Positions 9,555-17,990 of a stretch of 38,624 nt of DNA are shown here, piece by piece (the first letter of the stretch is position 1; every line of letters begins with the position of its first letter). The notes beneath the pieces were generated by a model that saw only the letters and a list, made by a program, of their open reading frames with translations, was not told the origin of the DNA and searched no databases. A program made the translations under genes and the position numbers. The DNA is taken from IMG/VR virus record IMGVR_UViG_3300027513_000007; one strand, written 5' to 3'. This stretch comes from a virus.

Positions 9555-10149
9555 ATCATTTTTTCAGACCGCATGGGGGGAGGAAGGGTACTTAGAACCC
9601 TTCAGCTACGGAGTCGGTATTGATACCGTGTGTGAGGTTGGGTTAATGCCGTTCCTGTCACCACATAAGGACGCTTTGGAAATTGGTCCAGGGGGAGGGA
9701 CGTTCACACAACGGATGATAGGCCAATTCAATCACTTGACGGTGATGGATGTCATTAGAAAGCCTAAAGCATTTGATGCCTATGAGAACTTCACCTATAT
9801 CGAATTATCAGATAAGAACTTTGACTGTCCTGTCGATGCCTATTCAATGGACTTTTGTTTCAGCTATAATGTCTTCTGCCACTTATCAAATGAGGCTTTA
9901 AGTAAGTATTTGAGGGGCATAAACAAAGCATTGAAGTTCGGTGGGGACTTTGTGTTTATGCTTTCAAACTACCGGCATACCAGTCAGTTCGGTAAAGGGT
10001 ATTCACTCGGAGACTTCTTACCAATGGGTCATTTTTATCAGGATCTACGGACACTGGATTTGATTGTTGATTATAATGAATGGGAGGTAATTAATAACAA
10101 TCTACTCCCAGACCACAGGGATATAGTATGTCACCTACGAAAGATATGA
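9535..10149 (+). CDS. Class I SAM-dependent methyltransferase, 204 aa
   Basis: Motif I is ALEIGPGGGTFT. The acidic post-I residue is in LTVMDV. MDFCFSYNVFCHL resembles motif IV. Confidence 0.7.
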   Translation: MKEDFDKSFFQTAWGEEGYLEPFSYGVGIDTVCEVGLMPFLSPHKDALEIGPGGGTFTQRMIGQFNHLTVMDVIRKPKAFDAYENFTYIELSDKNFDCPVDAYSMDFCFSYNVFCHLSNEALSKYLRGINKALKFGGDFVFMLSNYRHTSQFGKGYSLGDFLPMGHFYQDLRTLDLIVDYNEWEVINNNLLPDHRDIVCHLRKI

Positions 10150-10784
10150 TAGCTTCTATCCTCATCCCGACAATGCCTGGAAGATTGGAAAAGTTTACCA
10201 ATCTGTTCAACGAACTACATCGGCAATTGGCCTATATGCAAACTTTTCACCCAACACTGGGACAGATTGAAATAGTAATAGACGATTCAAAACGGTTTTT
10301 AGATGGGGGACTTTCTATAGGAAAGAAACGGGAGGCATTAGTACAGCGTGCAGAAGGTAAATATTGTTGGTTTCTGGATGACGATGAAACGATAGCGCCG
10401 AACTACCTTGAAACATTGGTAAGACTTTGTTGCAGGAATGAAGATGTATGCACATTCCGGGCCATAGGAAAATTTGATAACTATTGGGCGGTCTATGATA
10501 TGTCGTTATTTAACACATGGAATGAACCCTCCACACCTGATAAAACAGTAGTTCGCCAGCCGTGGCATCAGTGTCCGGTTAAGACTGAGTATGCTAAATT
10601 ATATTCATTTCCTGATACGTCCTATGGAGAGGACTGGGAATGGATGGAGCAAGTCTTAAAGCATTGCAAGTCAGAAGCCCACACGGACGCTATTTTACTT
10701 CAATACAATCACGGAAAACATTCAGAAGCAGATAAAATAACTAACCATGTACAGTCAGAATCAGGAGGAGAAACACATTCTTGA
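10146..10784 (+). CDS. Glycosyltransferase family 2-like, 212 aa
   Basis: ILIPTMPGR N-terminus and SIGKKREALVQRAEGKYCWFLDDDE (DxD). Paralogous in pattern to 8973. ATGA-coupled start at 10146. Confidence 0.75.
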   Translation: MIASILIPTMPGRLEKFTNLFNELHRQLAYMQTFHPTLGQIEIVIDDSKRFLDGGLSIGKKREALVQRAEGKYCWFLDDDETIAPNYLETLVRLCCRNEDVCTFRAIGKFDNYWAVYDMSLFNTWNEPSTPDKTVVRQPWHQCPVKTEYAKLYSFPDTSYGEDWEWMEQVLKHCKSEAHTDAILLQYNHGKHSEADKITNHVQSESGGETHS

Positions 10785-11352
10785 ATACTTCGGATATCAT
10801 GTAGGTACCTTCATCGATGTAGGTTGCAATGATTGCGAAACGTTCTCCAATACCAGGGCTTTGGCGCTCAGGGGATGGAAAGGGATACTATTGGATTGCA
10901 GTCCAACGGCTATTGATCGCTGTAAGAAACTATACAACGGACACAAGGGCATTTATATTTACGACTATGCGATTTCATCTCACAATGGCAAAGCGATTCT
11001 ACAGGAATCCGGGCCGTTATGTACTCCTTCCGATATTGGGTTGGTTAGTACTTTCCATCAACACGAGAAGGCCAGATTTGATAGGAAGGTTAAATATGAA
11101 CCTATTGAAGTTAAAACGTTCAAATGGAAGACCGCATTGAATAGGTGGAAGATAAAAGAGTTTGACTGCATTTCTTTAGACGTTGAAGGGGATGAGCTTA
11201 ACATTCTACCAGATATGGACCTATCCAAAACTAGATTAATCTGTATTGAGTGGAACGGGAAACCTGAACTAAAGGAAGCCTATGAGAAATATTTATCAGG
11301 TTTCAGTATAATTTATACGTCAGCCGAAAACATCGTTTATGCCAGAATTTGA
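10747..11352 (+). CDS. FkbM-family methyltransferase, 201 aa
   Basis: N-terminal SQNQEEKHILEYF (the SQxGED-type start of FkbM proteins), FIDVGCNDCETFSNT, and GWKGILLDCSP. Confidence 0.7.
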   Translation: MYSQNQEEKHILEYFGYHVGTFIDVGCNDCETFSNTRALALRGWKGILLDCSPTAIDRCKKLYNGHKGIYIYDYAISSHNGKAILQESGPLCTPSDIGLVSTFHQHEKARFDRKVKYEPIEVKTFKWKTALNRWKIKEFDCISLDVEGDELNILPDMDLSKTRLICIEWNGKPELKEAYEKYLSGFSIIYTSAENIVYARI

Positions 11353-11917
11353 CATTAGTCTTTATGACGAGGACTTCTTCGAATGGCACGTAACACATGC
11401 TAGAAAGTATTCTATACGCACGATGGACTGGTACATTATTAATTACCATCCTAAAAGCGTTATAGACTTTGGATGTGGGATAGGTAGCTATTTAGAATGC
11501 GCTTACGACTATGATATTAAGATTAAAGGCTATGAGATTTCGTGGGAAGCAGTCAGCCACACCCCAGAACGCATACGGCCATACATTGAATACAGGGACT
11601 GCACCGAGCCAATAAACGCGGGGATATTCGATACGGTTATTTCTTTTGAAACCGCGGAACACATTGAACCGGAAGGGACTAACCAATTCATTTTGAACCT
11701 TGTAAACGCTACCGGTAAAACGTTACTATTCACAGCAGCCCCTTTAGGGCAGGGGGGAACAGGGCACATCAACTGCCGGCCTAAAGAGTTCTGGATAATG
11801 GAGTTAAGTGACCTCCTGATTTACAATGACGTTTTAACCGGGGAGATATCAGAGGCATGGGAGAAACTTGGAGCCCCGTGGTATATCGTTAAAAATCTAA
11901 TGGTGTTCAGCCGATGA
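11339..11917 (+). CDS. Class I SAM-dependent methyltransferase, 192 aa
   Basis: Motif I is VIDFGCGIGSYLE. DTVISFETAEHIEPEG is typical of the Methyltransf_11/23 type. Confidence 0.7.
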   Translation: MPEFDISLYDEDFFEWHVTHARKYSIRTMDWYIINYHPKSVIDFGCGIGSYLECAYDYDIKIKGYEISWEAVSHTPERIRPYIEYRDCTEPINAGIFDTVISFETAEHIEPEGTNQFILNLVNATGKTLLFTAAPLGQGGTGHINCRPKEFWIMELSDLLIYNDVLTGEISEAWEKLGAPWYIVKNLMVFSR

Positions 11918-12543
11918 TAATTGTCAACTTCTCCACAAAAGGCTACGGGATGTTGCAACGCAGACTGCGTCATTCGTTAGCGGGTCACAGAAGTATAATG
12001 TTCAGCAACTATGGGCAGATTGATAGCCCAACACAACAGGAAAGCCCCTATCAGTTTAAGATACATTCCATAGAAAGGGCATTTCTTCAGGATGATATCG
12101 TTTTATGGTGTGATTCATCACTGTTTCTGGTTGGAAACCTACATATCATCGACAATCTTATAAAACAGGATGGCTATTTTATGGAGGAGGCGGGGCATTG
12201 GGTAGGGTCATGGACAAATGAGTTTACAAAGGATTATTTTAAGATGACAGAGGAAGAACTCGCGGTCCCTGGGGGGATATTCATGTTTACCGCTGGGTGC
12301 TTGGGATTGAACAGACAGAATCAGACAGCTATGGAATGGTTCAGACAGTGGAAGGAGGCGGCGCTTGCGGGATGCTTTAAAGGTCATTGGCACGATCACC
12401 GACACGACATGACCTGTGGTTCGATAATAGCCCAACGGCTGGGAATGAAGTACCAACGGGGAGGTAAGTACCTTGCTTATGTGGGGCCAGACTACCCCAA
12501 ACCGGAGCCGGGTGTTGTATTTAAGTTAAAAGGATACTTATGA
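11914..12543 (+). CDS. Possible nucleotide-sugar transferase-like protein, 209 aa
   Basis: The Y-x-F-K...DDIVLWCDSS pattern resembles GT-A nucleotide-diphospho-sugar transferases. ATGA-coupled at both ends. Weak call. Confidence 0.35.
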   Translation: MIIVNFSTKGYGMLQRRLRHSLAGHRSIMFSNYGQIDSPTQQESPYQFKIHSIERAFLQDDIVLWCDSSLFLVGNLHIIDNLIKQDGYFMEEAGHWVGSWTNEFTKDYFKMTEEELAVPGGIFMFTAGCLGLNRQNQTAMEWFRQWKEAALAGCFKGHWHDHRHDMTCGSIIAQRLGMKYQRGGKYLAYVGPDYPKPEPGVVFKLKGYL

Positions 12544-12734
12544 GAATTCTACTGGCGTGGTGGTTCTGGTTTACCAACAGAAACGATGAAGTCGCCAGAC
12601 AGCGACTAAAAATATGTTCTACGTGTGAAAAAATGAAATGGGGGATATGCAAAGTTTGTGGCTGTCCATTGCAAACTAAAGCGAGATTGTTAGATGAAAT
12701 ATGTCCGCATCCGGATGGAAACAAGTGGAATTAA
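12540..12734 (+). CDS. Small Cys-rich zinc-ribbon-like protein with hydrophobic N-terminus, 64 aa
   Basis: CSTC..x10..CKVCGC..x15..C pattern. Last gene before the terminator. Confidence 0.5.
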   Translation: MRILLAWWFWFTNRNDEVARQRLKICSTCEKMKWGICKVCGCPLQTKARLLDEICPHPDGNKWN

Positions 12735-12770
12735 AAGGGGGCCAATCGCCAACAAGCCCCCTTTAATATT
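12734..12770 (+). terminator. Rho-independent terminator
   Basis: aaagggggc (12734-12742) pairs with gcccccttt (12756-12764), giving a 9-bp GC-rich stem followed by a T-rich aatatttt tail. Confidence 0.6.
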
Positions 12771-12831
12771 TTCGCCGGACTTATTGGTTTTACCGACGCG
12801 AAGTAAATATAACAATTTAAATGCCATTTAA

Positions 12832-13584
12832 GTGAAGTTATGCGCTATTTACAACGTATGGGCCGATTGGGATATTTTAGAATATTCGCTTAAAAACATA
12901 GAGCCGCTTGTCGACGGAGTCATTATAGTCGGCTCCACTAAGAGCAACTTTGGGGAATATTATCCAATACCTGAGAATTTCCGCGACAGGGTAGCCATAC
13001 GTGAACCACAGTTTAAAACAGCCCGCGAAAGTGAGACAGACAAGCGTAATTTCGGATTAGACTTAGCACGGTGGGCAGGGTTCACCCACTTCCTAACTAT
13101 CGACGCTGACGAATTCTACGACCCTGAAAAATTCATCTTAGCTAAAAAATTAGTTGACGACACTGGACTTATTGGGCTGGTTTGTACCTGTACCACTTAC
13201 TTTAAAAGCCCTACTTTAACGATTGGATTGGATGTGACGCTGGTTCCCTTCATACACGAACTTACCCCGACTATTAAACACACCTTCAACAGAAACTATC
13301 CCTATGCGTGGAACGGGACTCAGATTCGGATAGACCCTACCCGGAGTTTGAATATTGATGATGGGGTATTTATGGTTGATATTACCATGCATCACATGTC
13401 ATGGGTACGAGCAGACATCAAACGTAAAATCAGGAACTCCACGGCAAAAGCGAATTTAGATCGATCTACCATATTGGAAGATTTGGCCAATGCAAAGCCG
13501 GGTTACTACTGTCGTTTTTACCAAAAGACACTGATAGAATGTGAAAACCGGTTTAATATTAAGTTAGACGAAAGCCAATCCTAA
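12832..13584 (+). CDS. Probable glycosyltransferase (GT-A-like), 250 aa
   Basis: AIYNVWADWDILEYSLKNI N-terminus and LTIDADEFY (DxD). GTG start; no in-frame ATG is available. Confidence 0.45.
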   Translation: MKLCAIYNVWADWDILEYSLKNIEPLVDGVIIVGSTKSNFGEYYPIPENFRDRVAIREPQFKTARESETDKRNFGLDLARWAGFTHFLTIDADEFYDPEKFILAKKLVDDTGLIGLVCTCTTYFKSPTLTIGLDVTLVPFIHELTPTIKHTFNRNYPYAWNGTQIRIDPTRSLNIDDGVFMVDITMHHMSWVRADIKRKIRNSTAKANLDRSTILEDLANAKPGYYCRFYQKTLIECENRFNIKLDESQS

Positions 13585-14022
13585 TTTACCTCTATGTATT
13601 TTATGATGATCATACTTTAATCCTCTGGCCTTCATTGCTTCGGCACCGTTATCATAATAGATACCAGTTAAAAGGTCGAGACATAGTTTTGACCTACACG
13701 TGTATTTCATCAGTTTTCGGTATGCATGTATCCTATTCTCGGAAGTAGTGGCCCATTCCAAATTTTCGACTCGGTTATCAGTTTTAATGCCGTTTTTGTG
13801 GTTTATTTCCGGCTTATTTTCTGGATTGGCTATAAATGTGAGTCCGATGAGCCTATGAACTGATGGCCATTTTCTAATATCATTAACTGATAAACACACA
13901 GATTGATATCCACACTTATCAATTGATAATTTAAGTTTTTTGATGGTAGTGCCTCTGTGGCTGTAGATATTACCCTGATCATCAGCAGAGTAAAGACCCT
14001 CATAACTTGGAATTGGCTTCAT
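13564..14022 (-). CDS. HNH homing endonuclease (NUMOD4 + HNH_3 type), 152 aa
   Basis: The N-terminal motif is PIPSYEGLYSADDQGNIYS (NUMOD4-like). The HNH core is HRLIGLTFIANPENKPEINHKNGIKTDNRVENLEW. It is the only antisense gene in the late block. Confidence 0.85.
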   Translation of the reverse strand: MKPIPSYEGLYSADDQGNIYSHRGTTIKKLKLSIDKCGYQSVCLSVNDIRKWPSVHRLIGLTFIANPENKPEINHKNGIKTDNRVENLEWATTSENRIHAYRKLMKYTCRSKLCLDLLTGIYYDNGAEAMKARGLKYDHHKIHRGKLGLAFV

Positions 14023-14104
14023 ATTTTAAAGATAGATTTTATTGCAAAATTAACAGCAATCTAGCTATAGAGATTATACACATCTTTGTTACGTTCCCAC
14101 ACGC

Positions 14105-15736
14105 GTGGCAGAACTGAAATATCCCGGAGGTATGGACGTAAAGAAAATCACTGAGCCTTTATACAAGATTTATAACTTCGTAGTAAGGGAATTTGCCTAC
14201 ACTCAACAGGTAGAAATGTCCGGTCAATATCTCCCCTTCGGGCCGGATGATATGTTCCCCAATAAATTAGCTGCCTTAGTTCAAGGTTCACCCACCGCGA
14301 CCGCGTGTTTATCTACAATGGTAGACTTTGTGACGGGGGAGGGATTTAACAAAGGCATAGGACTTGAAAATCTTGTTATTAACAATCAAGGCTTAAAGTT
14401 ATTTCGATATCACTCCATACAATCGGATTCATTGGTCCATAACTGGGGTGTTGCTTCCATAGTGAAGTACAACCAGGCGGGGGAGATTACCCAGATATTT
14501 GATATTCCTTTTGCTTACTGCCGACTAGGGAAACCTGATGACAGAGGTATAATTTCTAAGATACTTTACAATCCCTATTTCGGGACGGGGCTTTACAACA
14601 GAGCGCAGACGGTAGAATATGACGTCTACAATCCAACCGCGGCCACCGTTCAGATGGGACTGGATAAGAAATGGAAAGGACAGATAAATTGGCTTGGCAT
14701 TAAAGACCAGAAACATCCGTTTTACCCTATACCTGACTATTATTCTGCTTCCCACTGGATGAATGTAGAGAAGAACGCGGCCGTTTACTTCGATACAAAC
14801 TTAGAGAACGGGTTCCTTCAGTCTATGGTCCTTAAAATGGTGGGCGACCCTAACGACGTTTCCGGCAAGAAGGATGGCAACGATGAGGATATTACCAAAG
14901 GGAAGTTACTGGATGAAATGTTAACCCACGACTTTTCAGGTCCAAAGCGGGCGCATAAGATAATGACCCTGTGGGGAAACAACAAAGAAGAATGGCCCGA
15001 GCTTGCAGCTTTCCCTACAAATGCGAATTCAGATTTATATCGCGTCCAGGATGAACAGGCCACCCGGAAGATAAGCATAGCTACCAAAGTCCCCGCTATT
15101 CTAGCCAATGTAAACGACGCTAATAACTTCGGGGGGGAGCAGATTCGCCCAGCGGTGAAATTAATGCAGCAACGCGCCAAACGGCCACAGGATTTGTTGA
15201 TAGACTATTACTCGGATATGTTGAAACGGTTCATTAATCCTGTCACCGTTCCGATAAAAATAGTCCCTTATAACCCGTTCCCAGAATTAGAGAGCATAGA
15301 TCCGCAAGTGTGGGGCGTAATGACGCTGGAAGAACAACGGAAATGGACACAAGACCACACAGAAATAGAATTAACGCTTACTACCCCTCAAACACCGGCT
15401 GCACCTGTCGAAAACAGGTTTGTGAACCTACATTTTGACTCTTATCCGGCGGGAGCGAAGGCAAATGCTAAACGGGCGGTAGAATGGGAGGAAAAAATGC
15501 AAACTTTCTGTCAACCGAAGAAGGGAAGGATGTTGACAGACCAGATTTTGAACGGAATTCCACTGGGACCGAAGGAAATCAAGCGTTTATCACGGTATTT
15601 AAGTAAAAATACTATACACAAAGACAAACCTTATGGCGAAAGCTGCGAGGCGGTGATGTATGACGCGTGGGGAGGGTCTGAAATGATGGTTTGGGCTAAC
15701 GAAAAAGTAAAAGAGTTAAATGGCAAAGCTGATTAA
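14105..15736 (+). CDS. Portal protein (probable), 543 aa
   Basis: The size, its position before connector-like genes, and an overall resemblance to Bacteroidota-phage portal proteins by eye. GTG start. The C-terminal ~110 aa look like an appended module (ANAKRAVEWEE...WGGSEMMVWA). Confidence 0.55.
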   Translation: MAELKYPGGMDVKKITEPLYKIYNFVVREFAYTQQVEMSGQYLPFGPDDMFPNKLAALVQGSPTATACLSTMVDFVTGEGFNKGIGLENLVINNQGLKLFRYHSIQSDSLVHNWGVASIVKYNQAGEITQIFDIPFAYCRLGKPDDRGIISKILYNPYFGTGLYNRAQTVEYDVYNPTAATVQMGLDKKWKGQINWLGIKDQKHPFYPIPDYYSASHWMNVEKNAAVYFDTNLENGFLQSMVLKMVGDPNDVSGKKDGNDEDITKGKLLDEMLTHDFSGPKRAHKIMTLWGNNKEEWPELAAFPTNANSDLYRVQDEQATRKISIATKVPAILANVNDANNFGGEQIRPAVKLMQQRAKRPQDLLIDYYSDMLKRFINPVTVPIKIVPYNPFPELESIDPQVWGVMTLEEQRKWTQDHTEIELTLTTPQTPAAPVENRFVNLHFDSYPAGAKANAKRAVEWEEKMQTFCQPKKGRMLTDQILNGIPLGPKEIKRLSRYLSKNTIHKDKPYGESCEAVMYDAWGGSEMMVWANEKVKELNGKAD

Positions 15737-16247
15737 CTACCAATATCTCCGGGTCGAGGCTGACATTTCACAAAATGTCAAAGACCTTGAACTGGACAAC
15801 CCCATTAAGCGGTCTGAAGAGATGCTGGCTATGCTTATAGGTGACGCTTTATACGCTGAATTGGTGTCAGAGAACCCCAATTTTACAGGGGGGAACATTA
15901 CGCTCATGCCCTACGTGAAAAAGTTCTTAGCGTGGCAGGCCTATCAGTTCTGGTTGCCAAAGGCCAACTTTAAAACGCACAATTCGGGACTAAGAGTCCA
16001 TGAAGAGGAGAACAGCCGGGCGGCAAGTTCAGAAGAGATGGCCAATTTAATCCGTGACGCTAAGATGTGGTGCCAGACGCAAAAGGATAAGCTAGTACAG
16101 TACTTAGAGAATAACTGTGATGGGTATCCGCTGTACAACTGTCAGTGTAACGATACTTCTAAAACGGGGACGGGCTTTCATATTACTTCGGTAGGTAATC
16201 ATCCGACAGGGTGCGGGTGTAATTCATGCAGACATGGACATTCATAA
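15720..16247 (+). CDS. Head-tail connector-like protein with Cys-rich C-terminus, 175 aa
   Basis: Position directly after the portal. C-terminal CQCN...GCGCNSCRHGH cluster. Confidence 0.4.
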   Translation: MAKLINYQYLRVEADISQNVKDLELDNPIKRSEEMLAMLIGDALYAELVSENPNFTGGNITLMPYVKKFLAWQAYQFWLPKANFKTHNSGLRVHEEENSRAASSEEMANLIRDAKMWCQTQKDKLVQYLENNCDGYPLYNCQCNDTSKTGTGFHITSVGNHPTGCGCNSCRHGHS

Positions 16248-16587
16248 CGAATTCATAGCCAATAAGAAAGACCTTGTGTTTTATGCAGGGAAAGCGATAC
16301 TTAACAAAGTACACGCCTTCTTTGATATTAATGGGGATGCGTGGGACTTTTCAGCCGCTATTGGGTTCACGTTTACCATCTGGCAGGAGCGGGAGGGGGG
16401 ATTAGAGATGATTGCATGGACGTCTCCTGGTAACCTTCCTCAGACAACTTCGACTAATGAGATAACATTGAATGCACTGGCAACGGACACAGATATTGAA
16501 TTAGGAAAGTATTACTATGAAATGGAATATTTAGTGTCCGGGGGTTACTCAGTTTTAATTGCTTATGGTGAAGCTAAGTTTATATGA
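16234..16587 (+). CDS. Hypothetical virion-module protein, 117 aa
   Basis: Overlap-coupled ORF in the structural block. Confidence 0.55.
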   Translation: MDIHNEFIANKKDLVFYAGKAILNKVHAFFDINGDAWDFSAAIGFTFTIWQEREGGLEMIAWTSPGNLPQTTSTNEITLNALATDTDIELGKYYYEMEYLVSGGYSVLIAYGEAKFI

Positions 16588-16820
16588 ACTTCACCTTAAA
16601 TGATAATGCTGTAAACTTTGAGTTAGAGGATAGAAAGGATTTTGAACTGGGGGAAGATAGACTAAGTTTCAAACTCAATGCGATCACGGAGGTGCCGGAA
16701 GCTTCGGGATGTTTCAGATTACTGGAAGACGGTTTTTTCAGGCTCTTGGAAGACGGGGACGTCAGGGTATTAGAACAATGTGATCAGGGATTTGACTACA
16801 CACTTGATTTTACTTTATGA
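16584..16820 (+). CDS. Small acidic protein with tandem RLLEDG repeats, 78 aa
   Basis: ATGA coupling. Contains FRLLEDGFFRLLEDGDVRVLE (16713-16775). Confidence 0.55.
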   Translation: MNFTLNDNAVNFELEDRKDFELGEDRLSFKLNAITEVPEASGCFRLLEDGFFRLLEDGDVRVLEQCDQGFDYTLDFTL

Positions 16821-17365
16821 TAACCTATAACGATAAAGTTCAGTTCGAATCTAATCCTCTTCCTGAGGTAAATAAATGGAGTGCAGATGACGCCAATCAG
16901 GTTAAAGGTCAAGTCAATACGACTATAAATGATTTAAATAGTGCTATAAGTAATTTGAATACAGCTATTACCAATTTAACGAATTTAACCGCAGTTGTTA
17001 ATTTGAAGATGACCATCCCGGTGATGCAGTCTTATGTTCCTGTTCATACTGGATGCTCATTGGACCCTACACTATTGGTCGCGAATTATATACAGTTGGG
17101 AAGATTATGTATTATCAATGTGAATTTCAGTGCATTTGGAACAAGTAACGCAACTACAAAAACGATAACATTACCGGTGGCGGCAGCATCAGTGCAACCA
17201 TTTATAATTACAGGTTTTGTTGGTGCTGGGGGTCCTGAGGTGATAAAAGTATCTACGAGGGTAAATAGTATCATTGCAGATGTTTATAGGAATGTTGCGG
17301 AAGCAAATTGGCCTGTATCAGGAAACTATTTACCGATATTGAATTTTGCTTACATAACGATCTGA
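16817..17365 (+). CDS. Tail fibre / receptor-binding-like protein, 182 aa
   Basis: Asn/Leu-rich coiled-coil heptads (NTTINDLNSAISNLNTAITNLTNL) followed by a beta-rich C-terminal domain. Confidence 0.45.
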   Translation: MITYNDKVQFESNPLPEVNKWSADDANQVKGQVNTTINDLNSAISNLNTAITNLTNLTAVVNLKMTIPVMQSYVPVHTGCSLDPTLLVANYIQLGRLCIINVNFSAFGTSNATTKTITLPVAAASVQPFIITGFVGAGGPEVIKVSTRVNSIIADVYRNVAEANWPVSGNYLPILNFAYITI

Positions 17366-17367
17366 CG

Positions 17368-17799
17368 ATGTCAAACAAGAAAATTACCGAACTCCCAGCC
17401 GCCGGTGCGTTAACAGGCGCAGAACTTGTGGAGACTGTTCAAGGTGGAATAAATGTTCAAACTACATCCGGTGGAGTATCTGATCCTGATACTACCGCCG
17501 TAGCTTTGGTGGACGATGCCTCTATGGCAATGACCGGTCAAAAACATACATTATCTACATCTTCTGCAACCCGAACTTTTACGATTACTTATACTGGTGA
17601 CGATATAACATTGGTAATTACGTTAAGTGCCGCTACCTCAACGCTTACTTTTCCAGCCACTTCGCTTTGTGTTTCAGAGGGGGTGGCTTCAGGGGATAAC
17701 ACGTGTCCATTAGCGGGGGTCTCCGGAGACAAGTATGTAATAGCAATTAAAAAGGTAGGCAGTGCCTACTATGTGGTGTGTAAAAACTTCGGACAATGA
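17368..17799 (+). CDS. Tail fibre-associated protein, 143 aa
   Basis: The N-terminal KITELPAAGALTGAELVETVQGG motif is common at the N-termini of phage fibre proteins. Start moved to ATG 17368. Confidence 0.5.
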   Translation: MSNKKITELPAAGALTGAELVETVQGGINVQTTSGGVSDPDTTAVALVDDASMAMTGQKHTLSTSSATRTFTITYTGDDITLVITLSAATSTLTFPATSLCVSEGVASGDNTCPLAGVSGDKYVIAIKKVGSAYYVVCKNFGQ

Positions 17800-17987
17800 G
17801 TTGGTTCCATGCTATGTTAACGGCTGGTTCTCAATTTAATCCTGGTGGTGGAACGGATTATTATGTTTCAGAATCAGGGACTGGCAGTGGTTTAAGTGCA
17901 GCGACACCTATGAGTCCAGCCAGCTTTCTTTTAGTTGTGTTGGTTGATGCCGACAGAGTTTTCTTTTTAGAAGGAGATGAATTTTAA
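17796..17987 (+). CDS. Short ORF encoding an isolated beta-helix N-cap (possible gene remnant), 63 aa
   Basis: TDYYVSESGTGSGLSAATP...ADRVFFLEGDEF matches the N-terminal cap of pectate-lyase-fold proteins, but it ends at TAA 3 nt before the next ATG. Confidence 0.4.
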   Translation: MSWFHAMLTAGSQFNPGGGTDYYVSESGTGSGLSAATPMSPASFLLVVLVDADRVFFLEGDEF

Positions 17988-17990
17988 TTT

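Noticed and set aside
10829-11140. Alternative-frame ORF inside the FkbM methyltransferase gene. Similar nested ORFs occur at 8894-9097, 18274-18489, 33340-33609 and 33545-33739.
   Set aside because: They are nested in genes with clear motifs, and their Arg/Ile-rich out-of-frame composition is not protein-like.
7709-13584. Interpreting the GT/MT island as a DNA hypermodification (base glycosylation) pathway
   Set aside because: I recognise no dNMP hydroxymethylase, thymidylate-synthase-like, kinase or DNA-glycosylase-type genes anywhere in the genome. This reading stays possible but has less support than protein or polysaccharide glycosylation.
14074-14082. Single relaxed DnaA-box match TTATACACA between the HNH and portal genes
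   Set aside because: It is one isolated match to a degenerate consensus and is compatible with chance.
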